Of a DNA stretch of 64,000 bases, positions 51,009 to 64,000 are shown in pieces. The position numbers and the translations under genes are program-made. The stretch is from Podarcis pityusensis (lineage: Eukaryota). How positions within the stretch are numbered: position 1 is the stretch's first letter; every line of letters starts with the position of its first letter. The notes under the pieces were generated by a model. It had not been told where the DNA came from, did not search any database, and saw only the letters and a program-made list of their open reading frames with translations. The stretch lies in NCBI GenBank assembly GCA_964106645.2, contig OZ067042.1. One strand, written 5' to 3'.

Positions 51009-52710
51009 TATGATACCACAGAAGCTACCTGGGCCTACAATAACAAAGGTGGATCTAAAAATAACTGCAGGCTCCGAATCTGATTCTTTGCAGGACTAAC
51101 ACGTTGGAACACTGTCTCTCTCTTCACAACCACCTACCCACAGAACCCCATTTTTGTTTGGACAGAGTTTCAGTTTATTGCCCCTCGACTAGTTCATTAT
51201 AGATCCCACAGCCTTTCCAAAGGAGGGAACTAAAAGGAAATTAGCAGAGAACAGCTGGGAAGTCACTTTACATGGGGCATGGGGCCTAAGTTATTTAGGA
51301 CTCTACAACTAATGTGAGCACTTTGAATTAGGCCCAGAAATGAACTGCCAACCAATGCAGCTATTTTAAAACAGGGGTTATATATATGTGTGTTCTAAAT
51401 GGAATCCCAGCTAACTGACTGCTGCATTTTGGACCAATTGAAGTTGCCAAGTTGTCTTCAAGAGCATGGAGTACTGGGGCCAAGTCATTGCTGCCCCCAA
51501 AGGACAGAATCAGAAGCCTTCTACTTGTTCCAGAATGTGTTCTTTCTTCATAAATAATATTTCTGAATTATAGGTGTGAACTTTGCAAAGAGCTGATTCT
51601 ACCTTTGAGGGCAACTTAGCTCATGAAACTTGACAGTAACATATCAACTGTTGCTAAGTTTACACAACTGCTCTAGCAACTGCGATCATAATAACAAAAC
51701 CTTCTCAAAAAGGCAAATTTACATAAGGTCAACAGGTCCCCTGACAAATTATATATAGCATTCTGTCACTGAAATACTGCCAAATCTTTGTTCTTTAAGT
51801 CTAGGGAAACTAATGGGAATTGCAGGCAATGATAGTATTTTTCAACAAAGTTGGGATTTCATTCTATAAATAATTTTAAAACTATTACTCTGTGTTGTAT
51901 CACAAAAAGATGAGCTTTTGTTCAAGAAGCAATTCCTTGCACGGGTGTTGTTTTTTGCACCTAGAAAAGCTTCATGTATGCTCTTGCTGTGTGTTGCAAT
52001 TAATGAACCGTCTTCAAATGCAGCCCAGCCTAGAGTGCATTACAATAATCTAGTCTGGATGTAACTAAAGCATGAATAATTGAGGCAAGATTTGCTGTTT
52101 CTAAATATGTTTTCTAAATAGGGTTGCAGAAGGTATACTGGTCAAGTGGCCTCCCTGGCAAAGAGTGCATGTCACCAGTTTCATTTGATGTGTCAACTGT
52201 GTCCCTTCCTGTAGAGGGGTAGCTTAGACACATGCACTAATAACCACATTTTTACTACTACAATGTGCTCTATGTGGTGTTTTTATTATAGCTGGTCCAG
52301 AGATTGCAGCTGGTGCAAAATCCTGTCACCTGAGTGGTGAGTGATGCCCCTTACTGGGCACATATCACTCCCGGGATTGGCTGCCTATTAGCTACCAAAT
52401 CCGTTGTAAGATCTTGTCTCCTGTGACAGTGTTGAATTCAAGAACACTCTGAAGCTGAGGACCTGCAACACCATTCAGGACAGGCTGTCTCCCTACCTCT
52501 CGGATGTAAGAACCCAGGATACATAACACCTCTCTGCCTTTTCAGGATTTAACCTCAATTTATTGCCCCACATCCAGCCAATCCTCACCTCCTAGCACTG
52601 GTCTAACACCTATAGTACTCTGCCTCTCCAGATTCAGATGGAACAGAGAGACAGGGCTGGGTGTCATCTGCATATTGATGACGCTTCACTCCAAATCTCC
52701 TGATGACAGC

Positions 52711-53230
52711 CAGGGGCGAACAAAGGCGTTGTGACACCCGGGGCAGGACGTCGCTACATAGGGCTCATGTGCGGCATCACTACATAGCGATGCCGCACAT
52801 GCGCTGTACATAGTGGTTTGCCGACGGCGCTGCTCCAGCACCGTATGGATGGCGGTGGGATCCCTCTGTCGCCACTACAGCCGCGAACGGAGGATCCTCT
52901 ACATGCGGCTGTAGTGGTGACAGAGGGATCCCCACCGTCTGTACAGTGCTCGAGCAGTGCCGGCGGCAAACTGCTATGTACAGTGCACATGCGGCATCGC
53001 TACGTACAGTGCATGCGTGTGATGCCGCACATGTGCTGTACATAGCGGTTTGCTACCGGCACTGGGATCCTCTGCTCATGGCGGCAGCCGCAAATGGAGG
53101 GTCCTCCACATGCAGCTGTGGCGGCGCGATGGCTGCTCGTGCCACCACAGCCTCCATGGAGTGCCTTCTTGTCACTCACCCAGACATGGCACCCGGGGCG
53201 CACCGCCCCCCCCCCGTTGCGACTCCACTG
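52711..53230. mobile_element. Non-autonomous hAT element (520 bp) with internal palindromes
   Basis: 8-bp TSD ATGACAGC (52703-52710 / 53231-53238); termini CAGGGGCG / CTCCACTG; GC/CpG-rich interior. Confidence 0.88.
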
Positions 53231-54544
53231 ATGACAGCTCCCAAAGGTTTCATATAGATGTAATGGATGTTTATATTTTAATGCTTTGTTAACTGATAGT
53301 TACACTTGTAAACCACTTAGAAGCCTACTGTGGAATAAAACTTAGTGGTAGCAGTAGAAGAAGGTTGGCATCAATAATAATGTACATTGCAAGGGAGGGA
53401 GGGAGATTTGAGGAAGGAGTTACATGGTTATCTAGATTTCTTAAAAATTAGTACTCAAGACAGATCAGAATAACTGCTAACTTCAAAGAGCTGCTGAGTG
53501 AAAGAGTGATAGAAAAGGAAAAGCTACAGAAAAGAGGCAGCACTGCTTAATCATGAGAAGCAGAGCTTATGAGCAAAACTCTTCAAATACACTTTGCCCG
53601 ACAAGCCACTTCCAACAGAACCCTAGCTGTTCAAGCAGAAATATTATGACTACATGGCCCAGATACTTAACTCGCTAACTGTTTTCCCAGTACTGACTTG
53701 TTAATATGAATTAACTTTTTTCTGCTTAAACAGTGGTGAATTGAGTGAAGACACAGAAAACCAATACTCTTAAAAGGTAAGTACTTTCATATTCAACAAA
53801 TGAACTAAAAGCTCTAATTTGATGAACGAAACAGTTGTGCGGGAGAAGCAGCATTTTTAATGAAGTTCTATCCCCTTAACAGTAAGGGCGCAACTGGAAG
53901 TACCTTGTTCAATGTCACAAATACCATCCATAATCAATCCTGGAGTTGCTGGAAGTTGTGGTCCCAACACAAAAAGCAGTTATTAAATCAAACACGCTGG
54001 GATCAATCCAATCCTACTATGGGCACAGTTCCCATTCATGGAAGGATCCCATACATCATCACATATCCCTTGACCAAGTGGAAGACAGATATATGAGAAA
54101 TATACACAGGGTTCCCATTCCCTATTACATATTGATTCTTACTCATACATGTATCCCAAGGGAAGAAGCCAGGGAGGCATTATTATCCCCTAGGACCATC
54201 TTCTCCAACAGTCTTCCTCCAGCCAACACGGCCATTGATAAGGGATGATGGAAGTTGCGATCCAACAATATCTGGGGAGTACTAGGTAGGAGAAAGCTGG
54301 GGAGCACCAGGTAAGATCCCTCTGATCAGGCATACTGTATGCACTGTTGGACCAGATCAAGCCAACCATTTCTAAAAGATGCTCAGAAACACAGAGACTT
54401 TCAAAGGGGAAAGTTTCAAAAGTAACCATCAAGAACAGCTTCATAGATATCCTTGCTGTGAACACTTAGATTTTTTTCGGGGGGTAGGGTTGGGGGATGA
54501 AAAGGCAGCTCTAAGGTGTCCATAATTCGGTGTTCAAAAACCAT

Positions 54545-54545
<1 letters not shown>

Positions 54546-54585
<40 letters not shown>
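54546..54585. repeat. (AATC)n microsatellite
   Basis: About ten tandem units. Confidence 0.95.
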
Positions 54586-54586
<1 letters not shown>

Positions 54587-54890
54587 CCCCAGTACTACAA
54601 CAGCCAATTACAATAATTTGTATATGAGTAATTTTTGCCAGTGTGTTCCTACACTTTCCCAACATTTGGACCATAAGCTATTTGAAGAAACTAAATGTAA
54701 ACTACATGACTGTAAAGTTGTGTTATACTGCCATGCAATAACTTGTTAACGTCACCCATAACCTTCATAAATGGGTTTGTAATGAGAAAACCTTGTTGTC
54801 ATACAGTAGGTATGATTGATGCCATGTATGAGTGAAATGAAGCCGCAGTGACCATCTCAATAACATGAACAGCTGCTAAATATTCATTTA

Positions 54891-55174
54891 NNNNNNNNNN
54901 NNNNNNNNNNNNNNNNNNNNNNNNNNNNNNNNNNNNNNNNNNNNNNNNNNNNNNNNNNNNNNNNNNNNNNNNNNNNNNNNNNNNNNNNNNNNNNNNNNNN
55001 NNNNNNNNNNNNNNNNNNNNNNNNNNNNNNNNNNNNNNNNNNNNNNNNNNNNNNNNNNNNNNNNNNNNNNNNNNNNNNNNNNNNNNNNNNNNNNNNNNNN
55101 NNNNNNNNNNNNNNNNNNNNNNNNNNNNNNNNNNNNNNNNNNNNNNNNNNNNNNNNNNNNNNNNNNNNNNNNNN
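54891..55174. other. N run (284 nt)
   Basis: Run of n. Confidence 0.99.
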
Positions 55175-55394
55175 ATTAACAAGGAGAGGCTTAAAAAAGA
55201 GATAGGAAAAATGTATTTAACAGCTCTACCAGTTACAAAATTCGAGTTCTATAGATTGAACTTTAAGAAGATAGCAACTTTGCAGTGAAATTCAGCAAGG
55301 AACAAACTACACGTGTTCACTGTAGAGTAGACCAACATTTATAGCATGAAAACACATGGGGTGGGACACAGGACTCCAATGCTACTTTAATATA

Positions 55395-55637
55395 TAGTGG
55401 TACCTCGGGCTAAGTACTGAATTCATTCATTGAGGTCCGTTCTTAACCTGAAACTGTTCTTAACCTGAAGCACCACTTTAGATAATGGGGCCTCCTGCTG
55501 CCGCCGCACTGCCAGAGCACGATTTCTGTTCTCATCCTGAAGCAAAGTTCTTAACCTGAGGTACTATTTCTGGGTTAGCGGAGTCTGTAACATGAAGCGT
55601 ATGTAACCTGAAGCATATGTAACCCGAGGTACCACCG
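55395..55637. mobile_element. Tigger/pogo-like MITE
   Basis: TAGTGGTACCTCGGG ... CCCGAGGTACCACCG|TA. Confidence 0.9.
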
Positions 55638-56355
55638 TACCTAATATATTTAGGTAAGACACTCGTCTACACAAAAAATCATTATTGGAAGGAAGGGAAA
55701 GGAATCTAACATTATACTTTGTGCTGTCATAAAATATTTGATCCAGTGGAGGCTTCTGTCAGTGGTATGGGGAAGGGATAATTTTTGCTGATTTCCCCCT
55801 GTGCAAACCCCCAAAATCTTCTTTAATGACTTGGTAGACTCTTCAGAGGAGCTGCAGGTGAGAGAGAGAATAGATGGCACTGGAAATTATCCATCTGTTC
55901 TGCTGATAGAAGCCTCTGGTGGACCGTCAAAGGGCCTTCCAGCAGCACGAGGAACACTACTGGACACACATGACCCAAAATAACAGTTAAAAGCAAAGCC
56001 ACAGTTTATTTTGATGGAAATACAGTGGCAACCCTGTCCCCTGGGCTGGTGCCCATTGGGATTGGTGGGGTGAAAACCAGGGAGGCCAACAGTAGATGAA
56101 GCCAGTGCTAATGACAGGCAGAGCCAACTAATTAAAATTTTGTCCCCATTCTCCTCCCTGCTGAGTTCTACAAGAGCAAAACTAAGGCTAAGGAAGGTAA
56201 AGCTGACAGGCAGGGTCACCCCCTGGCCTGGTTGTCATTACGTAGGCAGGCAGGTGCAGGCTGGCTGAGAGCAGACGGAAGCTGGTGGGACTGTGCCCCA
56301 TTTGCCAAAATAGACAAGCCTGCTGCATTTTCATTCTCAGGTAAGCATGCATAGG

Positions 56356-56647
56356 TAAAGGTAAAGGGACCCCTGACCATTAGGTCCAGTCGTGACCGAC
56401 TCTGGGGTTGTGGCGCTCATCTTGCTTTATTGGCTGAGGGAGCCGGTGTACAGCTTCTGGGTCATGTGGCCAGCATGACTAAGGCGCTTCTGGCAAACCA
56501 GAGCAGTGCATGGAAATGCCGTTTACCTTCCCGCTGGAGCGGTACCTAATTATCTACTTGCAGTTTGACATGCTTTCAAACTGCTAGGTTGGCAGGAGCA
56601 GGGACCGAGTAACGGGAGCTCACCCCGTCACGGGGATTCAAACCGCC
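56356..56647 (-). mobile_element. 5'-truncated Sauria SINE
   Basis: Matches the other copies up to the B-box; TSD GCATAGG (56349-56355 / 56648-56654). Confidence 0.93.
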
Positions 56648-57169
56648 GCATAGGACTAACTAAAATGTAGAGTTCTCATAGAATCACAGAGCATAGGGCG
56701 TAAACCAGTTTTCACAAATGGTCACCACAGCACCTCTCTTTTCAAATTGCTGCACTCATGCAACTCATAGATACTCCCATTTCTACACAAACAAAAGAGA
56801 CAAAATGTACATTTAAAGCACAGAAAATGGATGGTGCAAGCAATGTTTCCCATTACCACTCCCATAGGTTGAAACAAAATTCTACCGATTCTCATTTATT
56901 TCTCACAAGTCTCTAAACCTGTATGTATTCAAATGCATCTGGCCCTGAGCACTGGCTGTTCAGGCCTGAGAAGCAGCAGGACTAATATTTTCACACATTA
57001 TCAGATAAAGCAGAGTGAAAGAGGCTTCTCCAGAATTCACAACTGAAAGCTACCAGTGAGTTTACAACTTGTGAAATTGTGGTGGTTGGTATTTCCTCAT
57101 TACTGTGCTCTTGCAGCAAAATCAGGAATGCAGGGCTTTATTTATTTATTTATTTATTTGCCATACACT

Positions 57170-57750
57170 GTCTCACTGCTTGCTAGTTAAACCTTGTCTC
57201 AAGTTATCAACACTCTCTGGAGAGATAAGCTTCTTCTCACTTACAAGATGTCACTAATAATCGAACTTCCAAGACTCCATCTCGAAAAGAGACTACTGGA
57301 GCCACACAGGTCACAGGAATTAACTGCCACCAGTCCTTGCGAAAAACTAAGCTCATCAATCTATAGCTCCTCATTGTAATTAGAATAACGGCTTTGAAAA
57401 TTTGGGCCGATGTTGACTTGGTTTTATCGCTACAAAGACCTCAGTGTGGGGTTTTTCTAAGAAAAGAAAAGGGAAGAAAAAAACTTGGTGTGAAAGTAAA
57501 TGATAAGTGACGGTGGCGTTGTCGTGGCGACAGGGACAAACAATTCCCTAGCTGCGACATTTTCAATGTCCTGCAGAAGAGAAACTGTCCTCTTTAGTGT
57601 GGCGCGGTATGAAGCTTATTTATGGCCACAAGGCTCACAAGGATTGATGACTGTCGTAACACACTGTCAAATCCCTTACTGACGCATTTACTTTTTTACT
57701 TTTTTTTAGCCCCCGGTGTGGCAGAAATAAAATGGATCAAGAAGTGCTGA
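57170..57750. promoter_or_regulatory. Candidate conserved non-coding element / enhancer
   Basis: TE-free, retains CpGs, and clusters TTTATGG, GATTGAT and CTGTCA (TGACAG) motifs. Conservation not tested. Confidence 0.4.
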
Positions 57751-58339
57751 GGTCTCTCTTACTGAATGCAATCTTAGTATCTAGAGTTACATTAATTATA
57801 CGTCTTGTGCTTCAGTAATCAGGTGGTGTTTTTTTTAATTTTCCTTTTCTATATCATTTTCACAGCATGTTGATCTATGAACTGGCCACTCTGTTCCTGC
57901 ATCTGGCAAGGAAGATGTTGCATACAAAAACTCACAGAGTCATAAAATGTTTTGTCGTATCCACAAGAGGAATAGACTTCTCACAGATACAGAATTCTAG
58001 GAATCCCAACCATTTTAAGGAACAAAACTAATCAAAACCATTAGTCCTATAGCAGTCTGCTCAGTATCAACAAATGGCGCTCTTCCAGGTGATGAAAGGC
58101 CTTCTACAATTAGACAATGGCAGGGAAATGATAGAATCATCAGTGGCTGACTGTGACTGTTTTGAAGACAAGTGAAGATAAAATCACTTGTATGCATTCT
58201 AACTTGGATTCCACTTTTGAAACAAGTTCGGAGATAGAGGATACAGTCACTCTGTCTAGTCAAGACACTTTTGGATTGTTGGCCTTGAGGACATAAGGCA
58301 GACTCATAATGCTTCATAATATATTGCGTGCATAACACG

Positions 58340-58690
58340 TACAATGGACATTCAGTGATGAGAGATTCTGGACAAATCAAAGGAAGTACTTCATACAGCA
58401 CAAACTATGGAATTTGCTATCACAATTGGTAGTGATGGTCACTCACTTTGATGAATTTAGACGAATTCATGGAGGATAGGCCTATCAGTGGCTACTGATG
58501 GTTTCCCCTCTGGATGGTTCTACCTCTGAATACCAGTTGGTGGAGAACGGTAACAGGGAAGGCTGTTGTGCTCATGCTTTGCTTGTGGGCTTCCCACAGC
58601 CATCTGGTTGGCCACTGTGAGAAAAGAATTCTGGGCTGAGCACAGGGCTCTTTCTACATTCATGTGCATAGCTGACTCTTGTCCATATGG
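58340..58690 (+). mobile_element. Degraded CR1 3' fragment
   Basis: ggacaaatcaaaggaagtacttcatacagc...ttagacgaattcatggaggataggcctatcagtggctact, a CR1-type C-terminus and UTR. Confidence 0.65.
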
Positions 58691-58789
58691 GCTTCTTAAA
58701 ATGGCAAATTTTGGCATGTCATAGTCTTTGTTTCTGAGAAGTAGTCAATTCTGTCCTTAGGGAGGAAGGGGTCCCAAAGTTCTGAAAGA

Positions 58790-58970
58790 GGCTGTGGTGA
58801 AGCCCTTGTTAAATAAATCCACCATTGACCCTGGCAATATTAAGACCTATCAACCTGTATTCAATCTGGTGTGCCCGCGTATCAGCTCCAGAGTTTTCTG
58901 AATGAGACTATTATTTGAATCCACTCCAGTCTGGTTTTAGACCTAGTTTTAGAATGTAAACTGCCCTTTT
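58790..58970 (+). mobile_element. Degraded L2 RT fragment
   Basis: AVVKPLLNKSTIDPGNIKTYQPVFNL followed by a QSGFRP-like motif. Confidence 0.6.
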
Positions 58971-60469
58971 GGACCTTAAGGAGCCCTCAGCCTGTACTCA
59001 TTAAATGGGCTTCCTGGTAAATTGTTACATAAAGCTGGAAAGACGGCACCAAAAATGATTCAAGAAATGTTAAGACAGGGTGCAAAAATTATCCAAGATA
59101 CCGCAAGATCATTTACAAACCAGTATTAGTGTTTGGAAGGAACTCCATTTACTCCAAGAGATGTGAACTGGCAAAAATAGCTGTGTTCATTTGACAAAGT
59201 CCAGCAGCATTTGCAACTTTAGATGCTTGCTAAACTACTTAGCAAAGACTGCACTGTATATTTATCATTAGCTAAAAGTGATGAAATAATGTAACATTGG
59301 TAAAGGTAAAAATAGAAATAAAATTGCAAGTGATGGGGCTGGCATGATATAGGTTAGGATAGCAGAAAGTTGTTGCAACTTCCTGCAGTCTATGTGTGCA
59401 TGCAAATTTTCTGGAGCGTTAGGAAAGCTGGCACCATCTCCCCATAGCTAGCTTCTCCCTCACTCCACATCTCTTTCCTCTAATGGAAAATTCTAGGGCT
59501 TTTCTCACACTGGATGGGGGAGGCATTCATGCAATCATGAGCTCTGTACAGTGACCTGGAATCTCTATGGCACTGGCTGCCCAATCCCCAATCAGAACCC
59601 AGGCACAACTGTCGGGTATGTGTTGGCCTTTCACATTGATTTTATTTCCTTCTGATGGTTTGCATCCCACAGCCTTAATAATATGTGAAAGTAGTTTTTT
59701 ATGTGTGCTAATATGATTAAAATATACACTCTGTACCCTAACACGAGCCCTACATGAAAACTCTCAGTAACTAAACAGATTGTCAAATATGAAAAAAGAA
59801 CACTAGCAGTCAGTTTTAATTTATTCACGGCTATCAGCTTTTCTTGTCCTATTAGTAACCATAATAGTAACACAGTGTTGAGCAAAATACCAGAAGCTTT
59901 CATTAGAATCATTAACATAATTTGATAACTGATGGTACTTGATTTCTGACTTCTGAACTTTGACTGGAAGCTCAGCGTAAGATGAAATCTCACTGATTGG
60001 GTTGGCTCTTTCCTTTAAAAAAATATATGAACACTTCACATCACATTGCTTTGTTAACTGTAATTAACGTTCGCGTTTGTCACAAGTTGTATTAGATGGA
60101 GAAATGGTAGTGATGATAAAAGATATGACAAAGATGCACACATGTCATCCTCCCCAAATGCTTCAGTGTAATTTAAGTTTGGGGGGGGACTACCAATATA
60201 AATGAAGCCTGTTTCCTTCTCACCCCTCACCCCTCACAAGAACTGACTGAATAAAGAATCAGCGTTCAGATAAGTTAATGTGACATTTTGCTAGTTTAAT
60301 GCCCACATCATCAAAATGAATGCCTGAAAATTTACAGCCCAAGTCAAAAACCCAAGCTACTTAAAATCATAAATATCTATATGCAACATCTTAGAATTAC
60401 TGTTTCAGCTTCTCTTCCTCATTTTTAGGGATTCTGAAAATTTATTGTAAAAGGGCTGCATTTTTTGTA

Positions 60470-60707
60470 CAGACAGGCTTCGTTTACGCAGGGGTTACAT
60501 TCTGAGGCACCACAAACGTCAGTGAAATTGCGTATAATTGAAACCCATTGAAAAAGCCTGTAAACACCCCATCCCACCCCCCCTTCTGCCCTCTTAGTGA
60601 CGTTTCAGTGACATCTTTATGATATTTCCATGTCACATCTGGGTTCGGCGTAATGCGCCTATACATGGCCGCACACATATTGAACATGTGTAAACAGGGG
60701 CTGATTG
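60470..60707. mobile_element. Tigger-like MITE (second family)
   Basis: TA-flanked; imperfect TIR CAGACAGGCTTCGTTTACGCA / TGTGTAAACAGGGGCTGATTG. Confidence 0.65.
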
Positions 60708-62479
60708 TATTCATGTGGTGCAAATGTTTGGTTGTTTTCACTCTATGTATAAAACACTTGGGCTGGGCTTTGACTTAAGAAAAATAACATATAACTAATA
60801 TAATAAATGTATTATGTGCTGATTTTCATTATCATCCTATGCATGACTACCCTGAAGAAAGTTCACTGTCTTGAATGCAGCCAAGTAAACATGCAAAGGA
60901 TCATAGCTTGAATTAGTAAATATAATAGTAATAATAATAATAATAATAATATGGGCTTGATTTGCATATTATACTGCAAGAAACTGGAAAAATTATTCAT
61001 TTCCTCTTCTATATTCCTCTTCTGTTTCTTGTATAGTTTTAAATCTTTGTATGCCACTTTATGCTATTCTATGTATAAACAGTTTATAAAACCTAGCTTG
61101 TAAATATGTGCATCCATTGTAACTAACTGCCAGAAGAATCCTGAGAGTAGCCAATGTTTGTCCTCCGACTTTCCAATTGTTGTTTGTTTGGGGGATAAAA
61201 GCCATGAGCCCTGATTCAGACAATGCTAAGCCAAACCATGGCTTAGTTCAAAGTAGTGTGATGGCAGTTAGCCCAGAGGAGCAGCAAAGTGCCTACAATC
61301 TTCTGTCAAAGAACCTGCACATTTCCTCATTCGTACTAAGCTATGGTTTGGGCTTAACATTCATCATGAACTGGCAAAGTGAAAACATTTTCCTCCTCTT
61401 TAGGTATTTCACACTGAAGAATGCCCTTTGCTGTTAATTTATAAGCAATACCATTTATATTCTGGTACAGTGCACACTCTGAAATACCGTGCTTTGTATG
61501 TACATTGTACTATACATTTTCAAAATACATGTTTTTAAAAATATTTTCATTTAATATGTGTGGTTATTAAGTAACAGTAGTATATACAGGAATTTATAAT
61601 AGTGACTGACTGAGGGTTTTAAGGGTTTTGTGGAATTAAATTTCTTTGTCTTCTGAAAAAAACAAAAGCAGTGAAGTTTCATTGAAGACTAACAACAAAC
61701 GTATTCTGGCATGAACTTTATCAGAAGTACAAATTGGAGAAGGGTGGGCCCCCACAGACGCAAGTAGATCTACGCAAGAAAAGAACAGCAAATGAAACCA
61801 GACATGTCCCCTTCCATGTACCTCTGACAGGGCCCAATATTACTCCCCTTAAGTGGTATGTTGTACTAGGTTTAAATGTGGGAACTACACCTGGGGTGGG
61901 AGGAGGGAGAGAGAGAGAGAAAGATTCCAGGAAAATTAGATAAAGGTACATGCTTTGATGCCTGAATGGCAAACTGAAGAAACCAAGAGACAGCATAAAA
62001 ATGAGCCTGGTTGATATAGCCATTCGACCATATCTAAGAGAACAAGGCCATTACAGTAATACATAAAATAACATTTGGGAAGGAAACTAAGATAATTTCT
62101 TAGCACGACGAACATTTACCAAGGTTCTGAGCCATTGCTCTGAATTGGAAGAATTACTTATGTCTTAAGTTAAATTGAGTACAACTTCTTAAAGCGCTCC
62201 CTTAAAGGACACCTGTAAGGAAGGAACAGACTGGAATTATAAAGCTATCCCACTAGAGATGACCTCAATTCAAAGGGCCACATGGCATGTCCTATATGCA
62301 CAACAGAATATATATGAGTAGCTCCCTCTTTCTTTCTCTCTTCCTCCTACACCCCCCCCCCAAAAAAGACGCCATGATGAAACCAAGCAGGCATCCCTCT
62401 AAACTTAGGGGGGAAAGCAACTGCTGGGGTGGGGTGGATAAAGAAAATTGCAACCAAATCCTTTATATCTGAAAATACT

Positions 62480-63823
62480 CAGATATGGTCAAACTTGAAG
62501 CTTTCCTTGTTAGGTCGAATTGCTGTTATAAAGATGAATGTATTGCCAAGAATGTTATTTTTGTTTCAATCATTGCAAATCTTGGACAAAATGGACTGTT
62601 TCAAGAAGTGGCAGAGAGACATTTCTAGATTTGTTTGGCAGGGCAAGAAGCCCAGAATAAAATTTAAAATATTAACTGATGTAAAGGAAAGAGGTGGATT
62701 TGCCCTGCCAGACCTTAAACTTTATTATGAATCAGCAGCATTCTGCTGGTTGAAAGAATGGCTGCTTCTTGAGAACACAGACATTTTGGATTTAGAAGGT
62801 TTCAATAATGTATTTGGGTGGCATGCATATTTGTGGTATGACAAGGTTAAAGCACATAAAGCATTTAAAAACCATATTGTTAGGAAAGCATTGTTAAATG
62901 TCTGGATAAGATATAAGGACTTACTTGAAAATAAAACCCCATGGTGGTTGTCACCGATGGAAGCAAAGGCTCAGAAAAAGCTCAATATGGAGGCCAAATG
63001 GCCGAAATATTGGGAAATTTTGGAACAAGAAGGAGACAAATTGAAATTGCAGAGTTTTGAAAAATTAAAAGACAAAGTGCGAGACTGGCTTTATTATTAT
63101 CAGATAATGGAGGCATATAATTTGGACAAGAAAATTGGCTTCCAGGTGGAAAAATCAAAATTAGAAACAGAACTGTTAGATCCCAAAACAAAGATACTTT
63201 CAAGAATGTATAACTTGCTGTTGAAATCGGCTATGATCAAATGGGCACAAGATGTTGGACATAACATTATGTTTGCTGACTGGGAACAGTTGTGGACTAC
63301 AGGTATGAAATTTACGGCATGTAATGCCCTAAGAGAGAATATTATGAAAATGATATACAGGTGGTACATGACACCGGTCAAGCTTGCAAAAATCTATCAT
63401 TTGCCCGATAATAAATGTTGGAAATGTAAAGAAAACGAAGGTACATTCTTTCACCTTTGGTGGACGTGCCCAAAGATTAAGGCTTTCTGGGAGATGATCT
63501 ATAATGAAATGAAAAAGGTATTTAAATATACCTTTCTAAAGAAACCAGAGGCCTTCCTGCTGGGCATAGTCGGCCAATTGGTGCCAAAGAAGGATAGAAC
63601 TTTCTTTATGTATGCCACAACGGCAGCAAGAATACTTATTGCAAAGTATTGGAAGACACAAGATCTACCCACCTTGGAAGAATGGCAGATGAAGGTGATG
63701 GACTATATGGAATTGGCAGAAATGACTGGCAGAATCAGAGACCAGGGAGAAGAGTCGGTGGAAGAAGATTGGAAAAAGTTTAAAGACTATTTACAGAAAT
63801 ATTGTAAAATTAATGAATGTTAG
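62480..63823 (+). pseudogene. L1 ORF2 C-terminal portion (post-RT region with CCHC motif)
   Basis: LSLLGRIAVIKMNVLPRMLFLFQ, GGFALPDLKLYY, and CWKC-x7-FHLWWTC zinc-knuckle. The first ~17 residues of ORF 62429 come from flanking DNA. Confidence 0.92.
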
Positions 63824-64000
63824 AATGATGTTGGATAGAAACTAAGTGGTTTTTAGCTGTAATGTTATAAGGGAATATGAAAAAATGGACTATTAATAGG
63901 TAAAAATCTAATGTTACAATACTTTTAAGATTGAAGACTAGGATAAACAAAGAGGGGAGGGATTTGCTGAACTAACAAACTGAATTGGAATACAAAAAAG
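62480..64000 (+). mobile_element. Young 5'-truncated L1 LINE (3' UTR runs off the window)
   Basis: Stop-free ORF2 C-terminal part followed by an A-rich UTR. Confidence 0.93.

Noticed and set aside
52754-53292. Cluster of ORFs on both strands, or a CRISPR-like array
   Set aside because: Produced by a GC-rich palindromic hAT interior; there is no repeat-spacer periodicity and the DNA is eukaryotic.

Overview
Vertebrate genomic DNA, very probably a squamate and plausibly a lacertid lizard (Sauria SINEs, BovB/RTE tails, L2, CR1, L1, Tigger-like and hAT MITEs). I cannot support any host protein-coding exon. The window looks like an intron or gene desert in which TE-free, motif-rich, CNE-like blocks alternate with repeats, and eight N runs fall inside those blocks. 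The main object is a ~3.0 kb tyrosine-recombinase (YR) retrotransposon at 19455-22464, Ngaro-like by gene content. It keeps the RT C-terminus plus RNase H, an open YR ORF with its catalytic residues, and an SGNH hydrolase; gag and the RT core were deleted at a SINE junction. It shows no split direct repeats. Instead it has an AATGA 5-bp flanking repeat, short imperfect subterminal inverted repeats, strongly base-paired 5' and 3' non-coding regions (a ~345-nt multibranch fold closing just before AATAAA), and a branch point plus 3' splice acceptor in front of the ATG-less hydrolase. Other highlights are a hAT element carrying a 218-bp palindrome, a perfect 24-bp inverted repeat with two E-boxes, and a young 5'-truncated L1 at the right edge.
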